Shown in pieces: positions 12,645 through 23,583 of a DNA stretch of 64,000 nucleotides. The stretch lies in NCBI GenBank assembly GCA_965240325.2, contig OZ251250.1:930001-994000 (forward strand). The letters run 5' to 3'. This DNA comes from Rebecca billardiae RCC1528 (taxonomy: Eukaryota; Protista; Haptophyta). A program made the translations under genes and the position numbers. The notes under the pieces were generated by a model that was not told the origin of the DNA, made no database searches, and saw only the letters and a list, made by a program, of their open reading frames with translations. The stretch's first letter is position 1, and every line of letters begins with the position of its first letter.

Positions 12645-13193
12645 ACTGGCGTCGTCTGGCGTCTCGACGACCTCTCCGCCCGCGCCGCCGCCTTGCTGTG
12701 AGCAACTTACGCGGCGGTGAGCCGCGTGGCGGCGGCGGACGTCAGTCACGAGTCAGTCATGCTGTATGAGTGTATACAGTAACAGTTGATGACTGAGTTG
12801 GATCACTCCACTCTGATGTCCTATGGGAGGAGCCTCGTTCACGTTGGGCTCAGCGGCCGTGCCGGCAGCTCGCGCGCGGAGGCCTCCGAATACTCGCAGT
12901 GACTGCGTGACACTCAGACAGTGTCGGACTGTGAGCCGCCGCCGCGTCGCGACCGCCGCGACCGCGCCGCGGCAACGTGAACGCCGCACCGCCGCACCGT
13001 GACCGGCGGCGCGCACCGGCACTGCGTCATTGAGACGCGCGCAGCCCGGCCACGACCGTCGTTCGTCCGCGCACCGGAGGCGGCATCCGCGTCGGCCGTT
13101 GGACCGCGCCATGGCCAGCATGCTGCCGGCAAGGAAGGCCCTGAGACAGTCCGGGGCTCCTCGGTCCGGCCGGAGCGGCCAGCCCGCCGCTCG

Positions 13194-15958
13194 TCACTTG
13201 GCCGCCGCCTTGGCCGAGCGCTCGGGGCGCGCGTCGCGCGTGACGGGCCCGAGCGCGCAGCCGCCCACCTTGTGCGCGAAGCGCAGCGAGCAGAGGGACT
13301 CGTTCCAGCAGCCCGCGTCGGAGGAGACGTTCACCAGCCTGCAGGGTGCGCACCGCGTGCACGCGCGCGCGCATGAGGGCGGACGCCGCCCGCCGCGCTG
13401 CGCTGCGCTGCGCGGCGCCGCGATGCCGTGCACGCGCGCGGACGGCGCGGCGCGGCCGTGCGCGCGCGCACAGCAGCGTCTTGCTGCTCCCGCCGAGCGC
13501 GGGCTGCAGCAGCGCGGTGAGCTTGCTGTTGCGGTACGGGATGTGCGCGCCGCCCTTCGCACCGCCCTTGCCGCCGCCCTTGCCCCCGCCGCCGCCCGCC
13601 CTGAGCGCCGCCACCACGTCCCCGAGCGCAGAGAGCGAGCGGTTGATGGCCTGCGCCTCGCGCAGCCGGGCGCCCTCCACGCCGGACTCCTTGACGCGCT
13701 CCGAGCCCGCGAGGTCGACGAGGGTGAGCGAGCCGTGCAGCGCCTTGCCTGCGCGCGCGCACGCAGCGCGGCGCACGGCGGCGGCGAGGGGCCGGGGGGC
13801 CGGGGGGCCGCGCGCGGCGCGGCGCGCGGCGGCGTGGCACGGAGGGAGTGTCGGTTACCAAGCGGCCGTCCCTCAGCCTGAGCCGCTGTGCTGTGCTGTG
13901 CTGTGCGCGCGCGCGCCGCACGGGCGCGCAGCCGGCGGAGCCGCGCTCGGCGCGCGCACCGCTGAGCGCGTGCACGCCGCTCGCGCGCAGCACGAACACG
14001 GAGTGCGAGCGCGACGAGTGCTCGTTGCACCCGGTCGCGGCGGTGGCGCGCGCCGCGGCCGCGCGGCCCAGGAGTTCATCCGCATCGCGCGCGCTGCCGA
14101 CTGCGTGCGCGCTCAGGCCGTGCACGCGCACGTCGCCGTCCGGCGTGTGGCGCAGCTCGAGGCGCGGCGGCGGGGGCTGCTTGGCGGAGGCGCGGGGCAG
14201 CAGCAGGTCGCGCAGCTCGTCGTTGTACACCTCGAGCTGCGGGCGCGGGGCACAGCGCGGCGCACAGCGCAGCCGGGCGGGGGCGAGGGGCGCAGGGGGG
14301 CGCGCGCGGCGGCAGGGCGTGCGGTGGGCGCGGGCGCGGGCGCGGGCGCAGGCGCGGGCGCGGGTTAGGGTTAGGCGTGCGGTGGGCGCGGGCGTGGGCG
14401 GAGCCGCCGGCGCGGGCGTGGGCGCTGGCGACGGTGCCGCCGTGCCCCGCCCCCGGCGCACCATCGCCGCCTCGAATCGGTACTCCCAGCCGCCCAGCCG
14501 CGCCGCCTCCGCCGTCTCGAACAGAAAGGCGAGCGCGCGCGGAATCAGGCCGCGCGCGCTCTCCGCCTCGGCGGCTGCGCAGCCGGCGGCGGCGGCGGCC
14601 GGTGGGCCGAGCCTGGGCGCGGGGCGGCAGCGGCGGAGGGAGTGCGCGGCGCACACTCAACAGGCGCGCGCGCACACGCGCAGGGGGCACGCACACGCGC
14701 GCCACTCCTTGCAGGCAGACGGCGCGGGCACACACAGCCCACGAGCGCGCACACACACAGCACACGCGCACACACGCGCGCGCACACGCACGCGGGGCGC
14801 GGAGGGGCGGAGGGCGCGCGCCGTCGAGCAGCGCCGGGCGTCGCCTCGGCCGCGCCGCGGCGCGCGCGCGCACATCGTGTGCGTCTTGCCCGAGCCCGTC
14901 TGCCCGTACGCCAGCACCGCCACGCGGTACCCGTCGAGCGCGGACTGGCAGAGCGGGCCCACCTCCGCAAACACGTCGGCCTGAGACGCGGCCGGGCCAA
15001 AGACGTGGTCGAGGGAGAAGGCCCAGCGCTGCTGCTGCTGCTGCTGCTGCTGCGTGGAGGCGGGCGCGCAGACGCCGGCGGCGTTCTCCTTGGCGCACCC
15101 CTCGGGCTGCGCCGGCGGCGGCTGGCTCAGCTCCACCGAGCGCGCGTCCTCGCCCACGCGGTACAGCCGCGCACCCGCACCGCTCTGCGAGCTCTGCCCG
15201 CGCTGCCCGCGCTGCGGCTGCTGCGGCTGCTGCGGCTGCTGCGGCTGCGTGGGCGGGCGGATGCGGCAGAAGACGCGGATGTTGCCCTTCAGCTCCTGAA
15301 GGGCAACAGGGAGGGGCGTCCGGGCGGGCGGCGAGGGTGCGCGTGCCGCGGGGCGAGGCCACCGCAATGAGAGGCGCGCCGGCAGCGCACAGCGGCGCGC
15401 CCCAACGCGCGCGTGCGGCGCCGCGCGCGGGGCATGCTGCGCGCGCGCGGAGGAGGGGCAGCGCGCGCGCCGCTCGTGCGCACACATGCCTCACCACGCG
15501 GCGCGCTCCCCGCCTTCCCCCGCGCCGCAGTCCCCGCACGCGGGCACATCGCAGCAGCACACAGCAGCAGGCAGAGCGCTTGCTTGCCTTCCGAGCGCCG
15601 GGCGCGCACACCTGAATCGTGTTGTGTAGCTGGCGGCGCGCGGCCTCATCCGCGAGCCGTTGCGCACGCAGCGCGCACACGAGGCCCTCGGCGGCGGCGG
15701 CGCGCGCGCACTCGGCGTCGAGGCGCGCGCGCACCGCGCCGAGCTCCGCGAGCAGCGCCGCGCCCTCGGCGCGCGCCGACTCCGCCTCGGCGGCCGAGCC
15801 GGCCGCGCGCGCATTCGCTTCCTCCACCGCGGCCGTGAGGCTGGTGTTGTCCTCGCACGCGCGCTCGAGGTCGGCCTGCGCCTTGGAGAGCTCGGAGTCG
15901 AGCTCGGCGAGCCGCGCGCGCGACGCGACGAGCTCGGCCTGCTGCTGCTGCTGCGCCG

Positions 15959-15989
<31 letters not shown>

Positions 15990-16382
15990 CGCCGCCGCAG
16001 CGGAGGCCGTGCCGCCCGCCGCGCCGCCAGGGTTCCCGCGCGCGCCGGGCGGCGCGCGCGCGACGCGCGGGGAGCGCCGGGGAGCTTTGGCGACCGCCAC
16101 CGTGGGCCGAGCACGCGATGCAGCCGTAGCCACCACCGGTGCGCGCCTCGGCTGCGCGGTCGGCGCGACGCGCGCGGCGGCTGTCACCGCCGTCGTCGTC
16201 GTCGCCGCCGCCACCGCTCGGTTGCGCGTGGGCTTTGGCTTCGAGACGCCACGCGAGGTGACGGCGGCGTCGATGTGCCGCCGGGCCATGGTCGCGGACG
16301 CGCCGCCGCCCACGCGCCCCGAGGCCATGCCCGCTCGCGCGCGGCCCGCCGAGCGGCCGCGCGTGGCAGGGGTCGGGGCCAT
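13194..16382 (-). CDS. Kinesin-14 (C-terminal motor, Kar3/Ncd/KIFC-like), 6 exons
   Basis: Basic N-tail, coiled coil, neck [15 protein letters not shown]-loop [64 protein letters not shown]. Frame-restoring GT-AG introns at 15296-15611, 14613-14873, 14237-14461, 13749-13959 and 13339-13471. Confidence 0.95.
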
Positions 16383-16913
16383 GAGGCCGTCTCCGATATG
16401 ATCGCCGTCGGGATCCCGAATTCAAATTGCGGCACGACCCAATCCGGAGTCTCCCGCCCGGACGCTTGTGAACATCTCAAGCTGCGGGGAGCCGAGGAGT
16501 GCTGGGCTCGGCTGCGGAGTGACTTGCCGATGGCACGAGTCATCACTCTCATGGCGAGTCACTGTAGCTTGCCGTGCGTCGACGAATGGCAATCCTCGTC
16601 TGACGTCAGGCCAGCTCGCAGTGCATCAGAAATATATCCAGCCTCGCATCGAGATGCAAGCCAACGCCGCGCGGCGGCCACGCCGGTAGTAGGCTGCGGT
16701 CGGTCGACGGTCGTGAACGCCGCATCGCCCGGTGCGGCCGGTCGGTCAGTCGGTCCATGACCATCGCGGACTCGGTCCGCGCTGCGCGCGTAGCAGCTCG
16801 CCGCGCCGACGGACTCGGGGATGGGCGCGGCCGCCAGCAGACCACCGGCAGGCAGTAGGCGCCCAGCGGCCTCGGCTTCTCCGCCGGTGCGCCCCCGACG
16901 AGCGCCACGGCGG

Positions 16914-17291
16914 TCATGCCGCGCTCGCTTGGAGCCGCCACAAGCTGAGCCCCGCGGGCTGCACGTCCACGCGCACCGCGCCGCCCTCCATTGGGTCGGC
17001 TGCTCCAGAGGCGCGGCTGGGCTGGGAGCCGTCTCTTCGCGACCGTCGCTCCGGCGAGGGCTCGGGGCTCGTGTTCGCCGAGGCCGCCACGCTGCTCCCG
17101 CGCGTGTGCGCGGACGCGCCGTCCTCCTCCGCCGCCGCGTCCTCGCTCGGGTCGGCGCGCGACCACCGCCGGCGTAGGAAGGCGAGCTTGACGGAGAGCA
17201 TGCGCTGGATGCGCGGCGAGACCACGCTGCCGATCAGATCTCGGCTCGAGAACCGGCGCGGCGCGCGCGGCGCGCCCGGCTCCTCCTCCAT
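16914..17291 (-). CDS. Small hypothetical protein
   Basis: ATG-initiated ORF with natural-looking composition (MEEEPG...IQRMLSVKLAFLRRRW), downstream of an AT-richer promoter-like segment. Confidence 0.35.
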   Translation of the reverse strand: MEEEPGAPRAPRRFSSRDLIGSVVSPRIQRMLSVKLAFLRRRWSRADPSEDAAAEEDGASAHTRGSSVAASANTSPEPSPERRSRRDGSQPSRASGAADPMEGGAVRVDVQPAGLSLWRLQASAA

Positions 17292-17677
17292 GCGAGGGGC
17301 GCGGACGGTCGTTCCTCACGGTGGGGCGAGCAGGCGCGAGGAGCGATCGAGGGGCGCGCTTCCTGACGCGGGCGGCAAGCCTAGCGATCATTAACTGCCC
17401 AATACCCAACTCTCGAGCTCCTCCATTGGCTCGTTCAAAGTGTGCCGGCAGCCCTAATTGTTCATTAACGTGCTCACCAGTGGCTGCGAATATGACGTTT
17501 CGTCCTAATGAGGGTGACCTACAATGGTGAGACGCCGCCGATGACCTATTAGTGGCCATTACAACGACCGCTTTACCCGCACGCCGAACAGGTGGCCACT
17601 TCAAAACAAAATCCGGCCCGCCGCGCGGCCGACACGGTCGCGGCCGGCCTGACCGAGTTGGCATGGCCGATCTTGCC

Positions 17678-20600
17678 TCATTCGAGTACGAGGCTCGCCT
17701 CGACCACGGCTGCGCGCAGCGTGACGAGCTCGCCCACCCACTGCACCGCGCCCACTGCGAGCTCACGCTCGTACGCCGCAGCGTCGCGGGGGTCGGCCCA
17801 TTCGGCCGCGCCCGGCCCGCCTGGCGGCGCGCCACCGCGCGCCTCGCCGACATGGCGCTCGGCGCGCGCCGTCACCACCAGTCTGTAGGTCGCGTGCCGA
17901 GCGCGGGGCGCGGCCGCGCCGTCGGCACCCACGGCGGGCGCTGCCACCGCCGCATCCGAGCCGTCGACGCCGTCGGCCGCGTCAGGCGCGCCGTGCTCGA
18001 GCTGCGCGCGCGGCGGCGCGGCTGCGCTCAGCCAGAGTGTGCGCGTCTGCCCCGGCGCCACCACCAGCGTGCGCGGCTGCACGCTCACCAGGACGGGCGG
18101 CGGCGTCGGCGCCGCTCGGTCCGGGGCGGGCGGCCACGGCTCCGCTGCGCCGCCCGCGCGCCTTGCGCCGGTGGGCGCCTTCAGCGGCAGCAGGGTGAGC
18201 ACGCACCGCACGGTCACGTCGCCCGCGTTGCGCAGCGGAAGGCGGACAGCGCTCGGCGCGCCGCCCTCCGCCGCGCCGCCCTCCGCCGCGCCGCCCTCCG
18301 CCGCGCCGCCCTCGGCCGCGCCGCCGCGCGGGTGCACGCCGCCGCCGCCGCCGCCGCCGGGCCGAATGCCCAGCCGGAGGCGGAGCGCGCGCGACGGCAG
18401 CTGAAGGCGCACGCGGCCCGCGCACGCGGCGACGGCGCCGGGCTTGCAATCGCCGCCCGCACCACCGCTGCCCGCACCACCGCTGCCCGCACCACCGCCG
18501 CCCGCACCGGGCCAGGCGCCCTGTGTAGCGCGCACAGCGCGCACAGCACGCCCGTCGTCGCGCGCGCGCGCGCCGGCGGCCGTCGGCAGCTCGCGTGCGC
18601 CGCCGCGCCCTGGCGACGCGTCGTCGGCCGCCCGTGGCGAGAGCAACACGGGGAGCCACACGACTTCGGGGAGATTGTATCTCGCGGCGGCTGCCGATGG
18701 GGCTGCCGATGGCCACGCGGCCGCGGGGAGATTGTATCTCGCGGCGGCTGCGCTCGACGCGCCCTCGTCGGTGTGAGCGGCAGCAGCAGCGCCGCCCTCC
18801 TCCTCGGCTGCCCTCGGCTCGAGGCGCAGCCAGGCGTGCGGCTGCCCTGCCAGGCGAGATGCCATCTCGCCGCGGGGAGATCGCATCTCGCCGCGGGGAG
18901 ATGGCATCTCGCTCTGCGCGCGCGCCCAGCGCAGCCGCAGCCTGAGCACCGCGCCCGCTGGGTGGGCGCCCTCCGCCGCCGGCGGCAGCCGTGCCTCCAC
19001 CGCCGCGCCGCCCAGCTGAGTCACCGCGCGCGACACGCGCGCATCCAGGCCGCCGCCGCCGCCGTCGGCGCCGTCGGCGCGCGCGCCGTGCGGCCGCGCG
19101 GCCGCGCCCGCCGTCGCTCGCTCAGAGCCCTCCCGGTCCGGACCCTCCGCCCGGACTGGCCCGGCCGCCCAGCCCAGCGTGAGCGACCACGGGCCGGGCG
19201 TGCCTGCCAGCGCCCCGCGCCCGGCCCCCGCCCGCCAGCCCTCCGCTTCGCCGCGCCCGCCGCCCGCGCCCGCCGCCGCGTCCGCCGCCCAGCGCTCCTC
19301 CGCGCTGCCGCCTCGGGCCGCGTGCAGTGAGGCGCGCACGGAGGTAGCGCCGCGCACGCGCACGGCGATGGTGGCGGTGACCTCCGCCGGCGGCGAGGTG
19401 GCGGGGGTGCGCACCGCCGCGCGCGCGCGCGCGCCTGCCACCGCCTCGTCGTCGCCGCCGCCGCCGCCCGGCGCCGCCGCGTGCCGCGACCACCGCCCGT
19501 CCAGTGCGGCAGCGAGCGCGCGCGCTGCCGGCAGTTCCAGGCTGGGAGGCGGCCGCGGAGCGCCGAGCGCGAGCGCAGCGCTCAGTGAGACGGTCGCCAG
19601 GCCGGCGCCGTCGGGCACTGCCGCCGCGCGCGCGGCCGCGCGCTCCGCTCGCGGCGCGTGCGCGCGCGCGCGCGCCACTGCTGCTGCTGCGGCGGCGGCG
19701 GCGGCTGCGGCGGCGGCGGAGCGCGCGCCGTGCGCGTGCTGCGCGTGCGCGTGCGCGTGCGCGTACTCGAGCTCGAGGTAGCCGCTGGCCAGCAGCGCGT
19801 GCGCCGCCGCCGCAGCCGTGCCAGCCGCCGGCAGCGCACCACCGCCCCCCGCGGCCGCGGCCGCGCCCGCCTCCGCCGCCGCCGCCTCGAGCGCCGCCGC
19901 CGCGTCCGCAGGCGTCGGCGGCGTGAACGCCACGCACACCCAAGCGACCGAGAGCGCCGGGCGGCCTTCAGCTGCGGCGGCGTGTGTCGCGCGTAGAGGC
20001 CCGTCGAGCAGCGAGGGCGGCGCGGCCGCGAGCAGCACTTCACTCGACCCGTCGCCGCCGCCGCCGCCGCCGCCGCCGCGCACGCCGCCGCGGAGCGCGC
20101 CAGAGCCGCCGCCGCCCGCCCAGCGCGCAGGGCCCTCCTCCGTTGGCGGGGGCGCGCCAAAGCGGGCGGCAAACACGCGCGCGCGCGCCGTCGGCTGCGC
20201 GCGCGCGCGCACGCTCGCGCGCAGGCCCCCGCCGTCCTCCGCCTCCGCCTCCGCCTCCGCCTCCGCCTCGGGGAGGCGCAGCTGTGCCGCCGGGCAGCGC
20301 AGCCGCAGCAGCAGCGGGCGCGCCCCCGTGTTCGCCACCGACAGCCATGCGAATTCGGATCGACCGTAGTAGGGAAGCGCGCACGCGCCGCCAGCCGCGC
20401 CGCCGCCGCCGAGGGGGCGCGCGCCGAAGTGCACCGCCCCCGCCTCGATCAGCAGCGGCCCCGCCGCAAGCGGCGCGCCACCGAGCCGCCCGAGCTCAGG
20501 CAGCGCCGCCCCGGACTCCGGCAGCGCCGCGCCGGACTCTGGCACCGCCGCCGCTGCGGGCGGCGGCAGCGCGGCGTCGGCGGAGGCTGCTTGGACGGGG

Positions 20601-21277
20601 GCGGGCGCGGGCGCGTGCCTGAGAGGGCTCGGCGCGGGGCCGTCCTCGCGGAGCGGTCGCGCGCGGGCGGCGCGGCACGGCGAGCGCGCCTCGCGAAGCA
20701 ACGGCGCGGCCGACGCGCTCGGCTCGTCGGCGGGCGGCGCGCGCGGCGCAGGGTGCTCGCCGCCGCCCTCGCCGCCCGCACCGCCCGCGCCGCCGGCGTC
20801 CGGTGCATCGGCCTGCGGCGGCGGCATGCCGAGCGCGTAGAGTGGCGAGCCCAGCCCGAGCGCGCGCACGTCCATGGGCGCGCGCGCGGCGAAGAAGGCC
20901 GTCGGCGAGAGCAGCCCACCGGCCGTCCCCTCGCCCGCCCAGCCGTCGGCGCCGGCCGCCTCCGCCTCCGCCTCCCAGCCTGGCGCGCGCGGCGCGTGCG
21001 CGTCGGGCTCGTCGGGCTCGTCGGGCAGCGAGAAGCGGTGCTCGTCCTCGTGCTCCGCCTCGTCCGCGTCCACAATCACCGCCGCATCGTCCGCCGAGCG
21101 CCACTCGGCCGCCGCGCTGCCGGCGCCGGCCGAGTCGGCCGTGTCGCGTGCGGCGCGCTCGGCGGGCTCGGCGGGCCAGTCGGGCGCGCGGGCGGCGTGG
21201 ATGGCGGCGCTCTCGCCCGCGAGCCCGCCGGTGAGGGCGTCCACCAGCGCGTCCCACTCCGACGCCGCCGGTGCCAT
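17678..21277 (-). CDS. Large hypothetical protein with ASH/PapD-like Ig-fold segments
   Basis: ATG 21277 (MAPAASEWDALVDAL), acidic N-terminus. Beta-sandwich-like motifs FAWLSVANTGARPLLLRLR and VRLPLRNAGDVTVRCVL...VSVQPRTLVVAPGQTRTLWL resemble ASH domains of centrosome/cilia proteins. Confidence 0.55.
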   Translation of the reverse strand: MAPAASEWDALVDALTGGLAGESAAIHAARAPDWPAEPAERAARDTADSAGAGSAAAEWRSADDAAVIVDADEAEHEDEHRFSLPDEPDEPDAHAPRAPGWEAEAEAAGADGWAGEGTAGGLLSPTAFFAARAPMDVRALGLGSPLYALGMPPPQADAPDAGGAGGAGGEGGGEHPAPRAPPADEPSASAAPLLREARSPCRAARARPLREDGPAPSPLRHAPAPAPVQAASADAALPPPAAAAVPESGAALPESGAALPELGRLGGAPLAAGPLLIEAGAVHFGARPLGGGGAAGGACALPYYGRSEFAWLSVANTGARPLLLRLRCPAAQLRLPEAEAEAEAEAEDGGGLRASVRARAQPTARARVFAARFGAPPPTEEGPARWAGGGGSGALRGGVRGGGGGGGGDGSSEVLLAAAPPSLLDGPLRATHAAAAEGRPALSVAWVCVAFTPPTPADAAAALEAAAAEAGAAAAAGGGGALPAAGTAAAAAHALLASGYLELEYAHAHAHAQHAHGARSAAAAAAAAAAAAAVARARAHAPRAERAAARAAAVPDGAGLATVSLSAALALGAPRPPPSLELPAARALAAALDGRWSRHAAAPGGGGGDDEAVAGARARAAVRTPATSPPAEVTATIAVRVRGATSVRASLHAARGGSAEERWAADAAAGAGGGRGEAEGWRAGAGRGALAGTPGPWSLTLGWAAGPVRAEGPDREGSERATAGAAARPHGARADGADGGGGGLDARVSRAVTQLGGAAVEARLPPAAEGAHPAGAVLRLRLRWARAQSEMPSPRGEMRSPRGEMASRLAGQPHAWLRLEPRAAEEEGGAAAAAHTDEGASSAAAARYNLPAAAWPSAAPSAAAARYNLPEVVWLPVLLSPRAADDASPGRGGARELPTAAGARARDDGRAVRAVRATQGAWPGAGGGGAGSGGAGSGGAGGDCKPGAVAACAGRVRLQLPSRALRLRLGIRPGGGGGGGVHPRGGAAEGGAAEGGAAEGGAAEGGAPSAVRLPLRNAGDVTVRCVLTLLPLKAPTGARRAGGAAEPWPPAPDRAAPTPPPVLVSVQPRTLVVAPGQTRTLWLSAAAPPRAQLEHGAPDAADGVDGSDAAVAAPAVGADGAAAPRARHATYRLVVTARAERHVGEARGGAPPGGPGAAEWADPRDAAAYERELAVGAVQWVGELVTLRAAVVEASLVLE

Positions 21278-21898
21278 CGTCGGCACGCCGCGCCGAGCAG
21301 CCGACCGCCAGCGCGGGGGCAGTCGGTCTGCCCGTTGGCCAGAAATACGCCTGGCGCTGCGCGGTAGACGCCGCGGATTCCACTTTTCGCTTTTTCTTTT
21401 TTTCCCGGCCGCGGCGCGGGCCGGTCGCGCCAAGCGCGGAAAAATCAAAAAGGTGTGGTGCCTCGAAAGTGAGCCGGGGGCCTTTTCGTGGCTGACGAAG
21501 CCGAGTCCGGAATCGGCGGTTAATGATCGATCCGGCTGGAAACGGAGCCAAAGGGCCTCGGGGAGGTCGCTTGGCGGCCACCAACCGGCACGCTCACAAA
21601 CCACGCAGATTCGCCCCACACCGCCCCAAGTATTGAGCGGCCTCACTCGGCCACCGCGCGTACTTGCCTAGGCTGCGCTCAGAGTCTGGGCTCGGCCTCC
21701 GGCTTTGGCGCGTGCGCCGGGCGCTCTGGGAGGGCCTCCCCAACGCCTGCGGCGCCCAAGCCCTCGCAGCTGCAGCCGTTGCTGGTCGCCTGTTGCGCCT
21801 GTGCCTCGAGCCCTGCCCCGCGGGCGCGCGCGGCGCGAGGAGGACACGGCCGCGGGGCGCGCGCGCACGGCGGCGCGACGCGTGGCGCCGCGTGTGTG

Positions 21899-23542
21899 AT
21901 GAAGCGCAAGCATGTGGACACCGCCCGTGCCGCCGCGCACGTCCACGGCGCCGACGCGCCGCCGCCGGCCGAGGGCGCGGCGGCGGAGGCGGCCAAGGGC
22001 GCGTTTCGCGAGCGGCTGGGGTCGGCGGGCGTGACGATGACGGCGGCGGCGATGGAGATGGGCGTCGACCGCTCGAGCGTCTCGCGCTGGCTCTCCGGCG
22101 CGGGCAAGGAGTGGGTCGGCGCGCACGTCGCCGCGTGGCTCGAGCGGTGCGACGGCGGCGGCGCGGGCGGCGGCGCCGCCGCCGCGCGCTCCGACCAGCA
22201 CGCTGTGGGCGGCGGCGAGGCGGCGGCGGGCGCGCTGTGCTCGAACGGGCAGGTGGACGTGGGGTGCACCTCCGACGAGAAGAGCGAGCACGCGCACGAG
22301 CCCGCCGCGCCGCACCTCGGCGGCGGCGCGCGCGGCGGCGGCGCGCCGCCCGGCGCGCCGCCGCTGCGCGCGCCGCGCGCCGACGCGCGGCGCTCCGGCG
22401 GCGGCGGCGCGTCGGACTCGTCGACGGGCGCGGACGTGGACACGCCCGTCGCGTCGAACGGCGACGCCGCCGAGCAGCCCAGCGGCGGCAGCTGGAGCGG
22501 CGGCGGCGGCGCGGACGGCGCGGCGCGCGTGAGCGGCGGCGGCCGCGGCGGCACCGCAGACGCCCACGCAGACGCGGCCGCCGACGCCGCGGACGACGAC
22601 GACGACGACGCGGCGATCGACGCGCTGCGCGCGCAGCTGCGCGCGCTGCTCGGCACGCCCGCGCCGCCCGCGCCGCCCGCGCCCTCCGCGCCGCTCACGC
22701 TCAGCGCCGTCGCCCGCCAGATGGGCGTCGAGCGCACGTCCCTTTCGCGCTGGCTCTCGGGTTCAGGCGGGCGGCGGCCGTGGCTTGGGGCGAAGGTGCG
22801 CGGCTGGCTGCTGGCGTCGGCGGGGTGCGCGGCGGCGGAAGGGGCGGCGCAGGGGCCCGCGGGGGGTGCGGACGGGCGCGTGGAGCAACCCGGGCCCGAC
22901 CCCGCCCTCGGCAGCGCCACCGCCGACGCCAACGCGCCGGGCGGCGGCGCGGCAACGCAGCCGTCGGCAGCCGCAGCCGCAGCCGCAGCCGCCACGCCGC
23001 GCGCGCACGCGGGCGGCGGCGGCGGCGGCAAGGGCGAGCACTCGCCCGTCGAGACGGAGGAGTGGTCGACGGAGCGCACGGACCAGACCGACGTGACCGC
23101 GGCCGTCACGCCCGCGGCCGTCACCCCCGCCTCCGTCACCGCCGCGTCTGCGCCCGCCGGCGCGGCGGCGCACGGCGGCGCCGCCGCCGCCGCCGCCGGC
23201 ACGGGCGCCGCTGCCGCCGCGCCCGCCGGGTCTCACGGCGCCAAGCCGGAGGCGGGCGGCGGGCGCGCGCCGCCGGGCACGGCGGTCGCGTGCGCGCAGC
23301 ACGACGCGTCCACGGGCGCAGCCCACGCCGCTCACGCCGCGCCGAGCCCGCCCGACTGTGCCGCCGCGCCGACCGCCGCCGCGGCCGCCGCAGCCGCAGC
23401 CGCCGCCGGCGCGCACGCCGCCGCCGCCATCGGCACCGCCAGCCGCGCCGCCGCGCCACTGGCGCTCAAGACGCCGCCGCGCGCGCAGCCGCTCGCCGTG
23501 TGCGTGGGCGGCGAGGACGTCGCACGCGCCACGCGCACCAAG

Positions 23543-23583
<41 letters not shown>

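Noticed and set aside
14362-14374. Interstitial telomere
   Set aside because: Under two TTAGGG units, inside an intron; better explained as a branch-site-like motif or chance.
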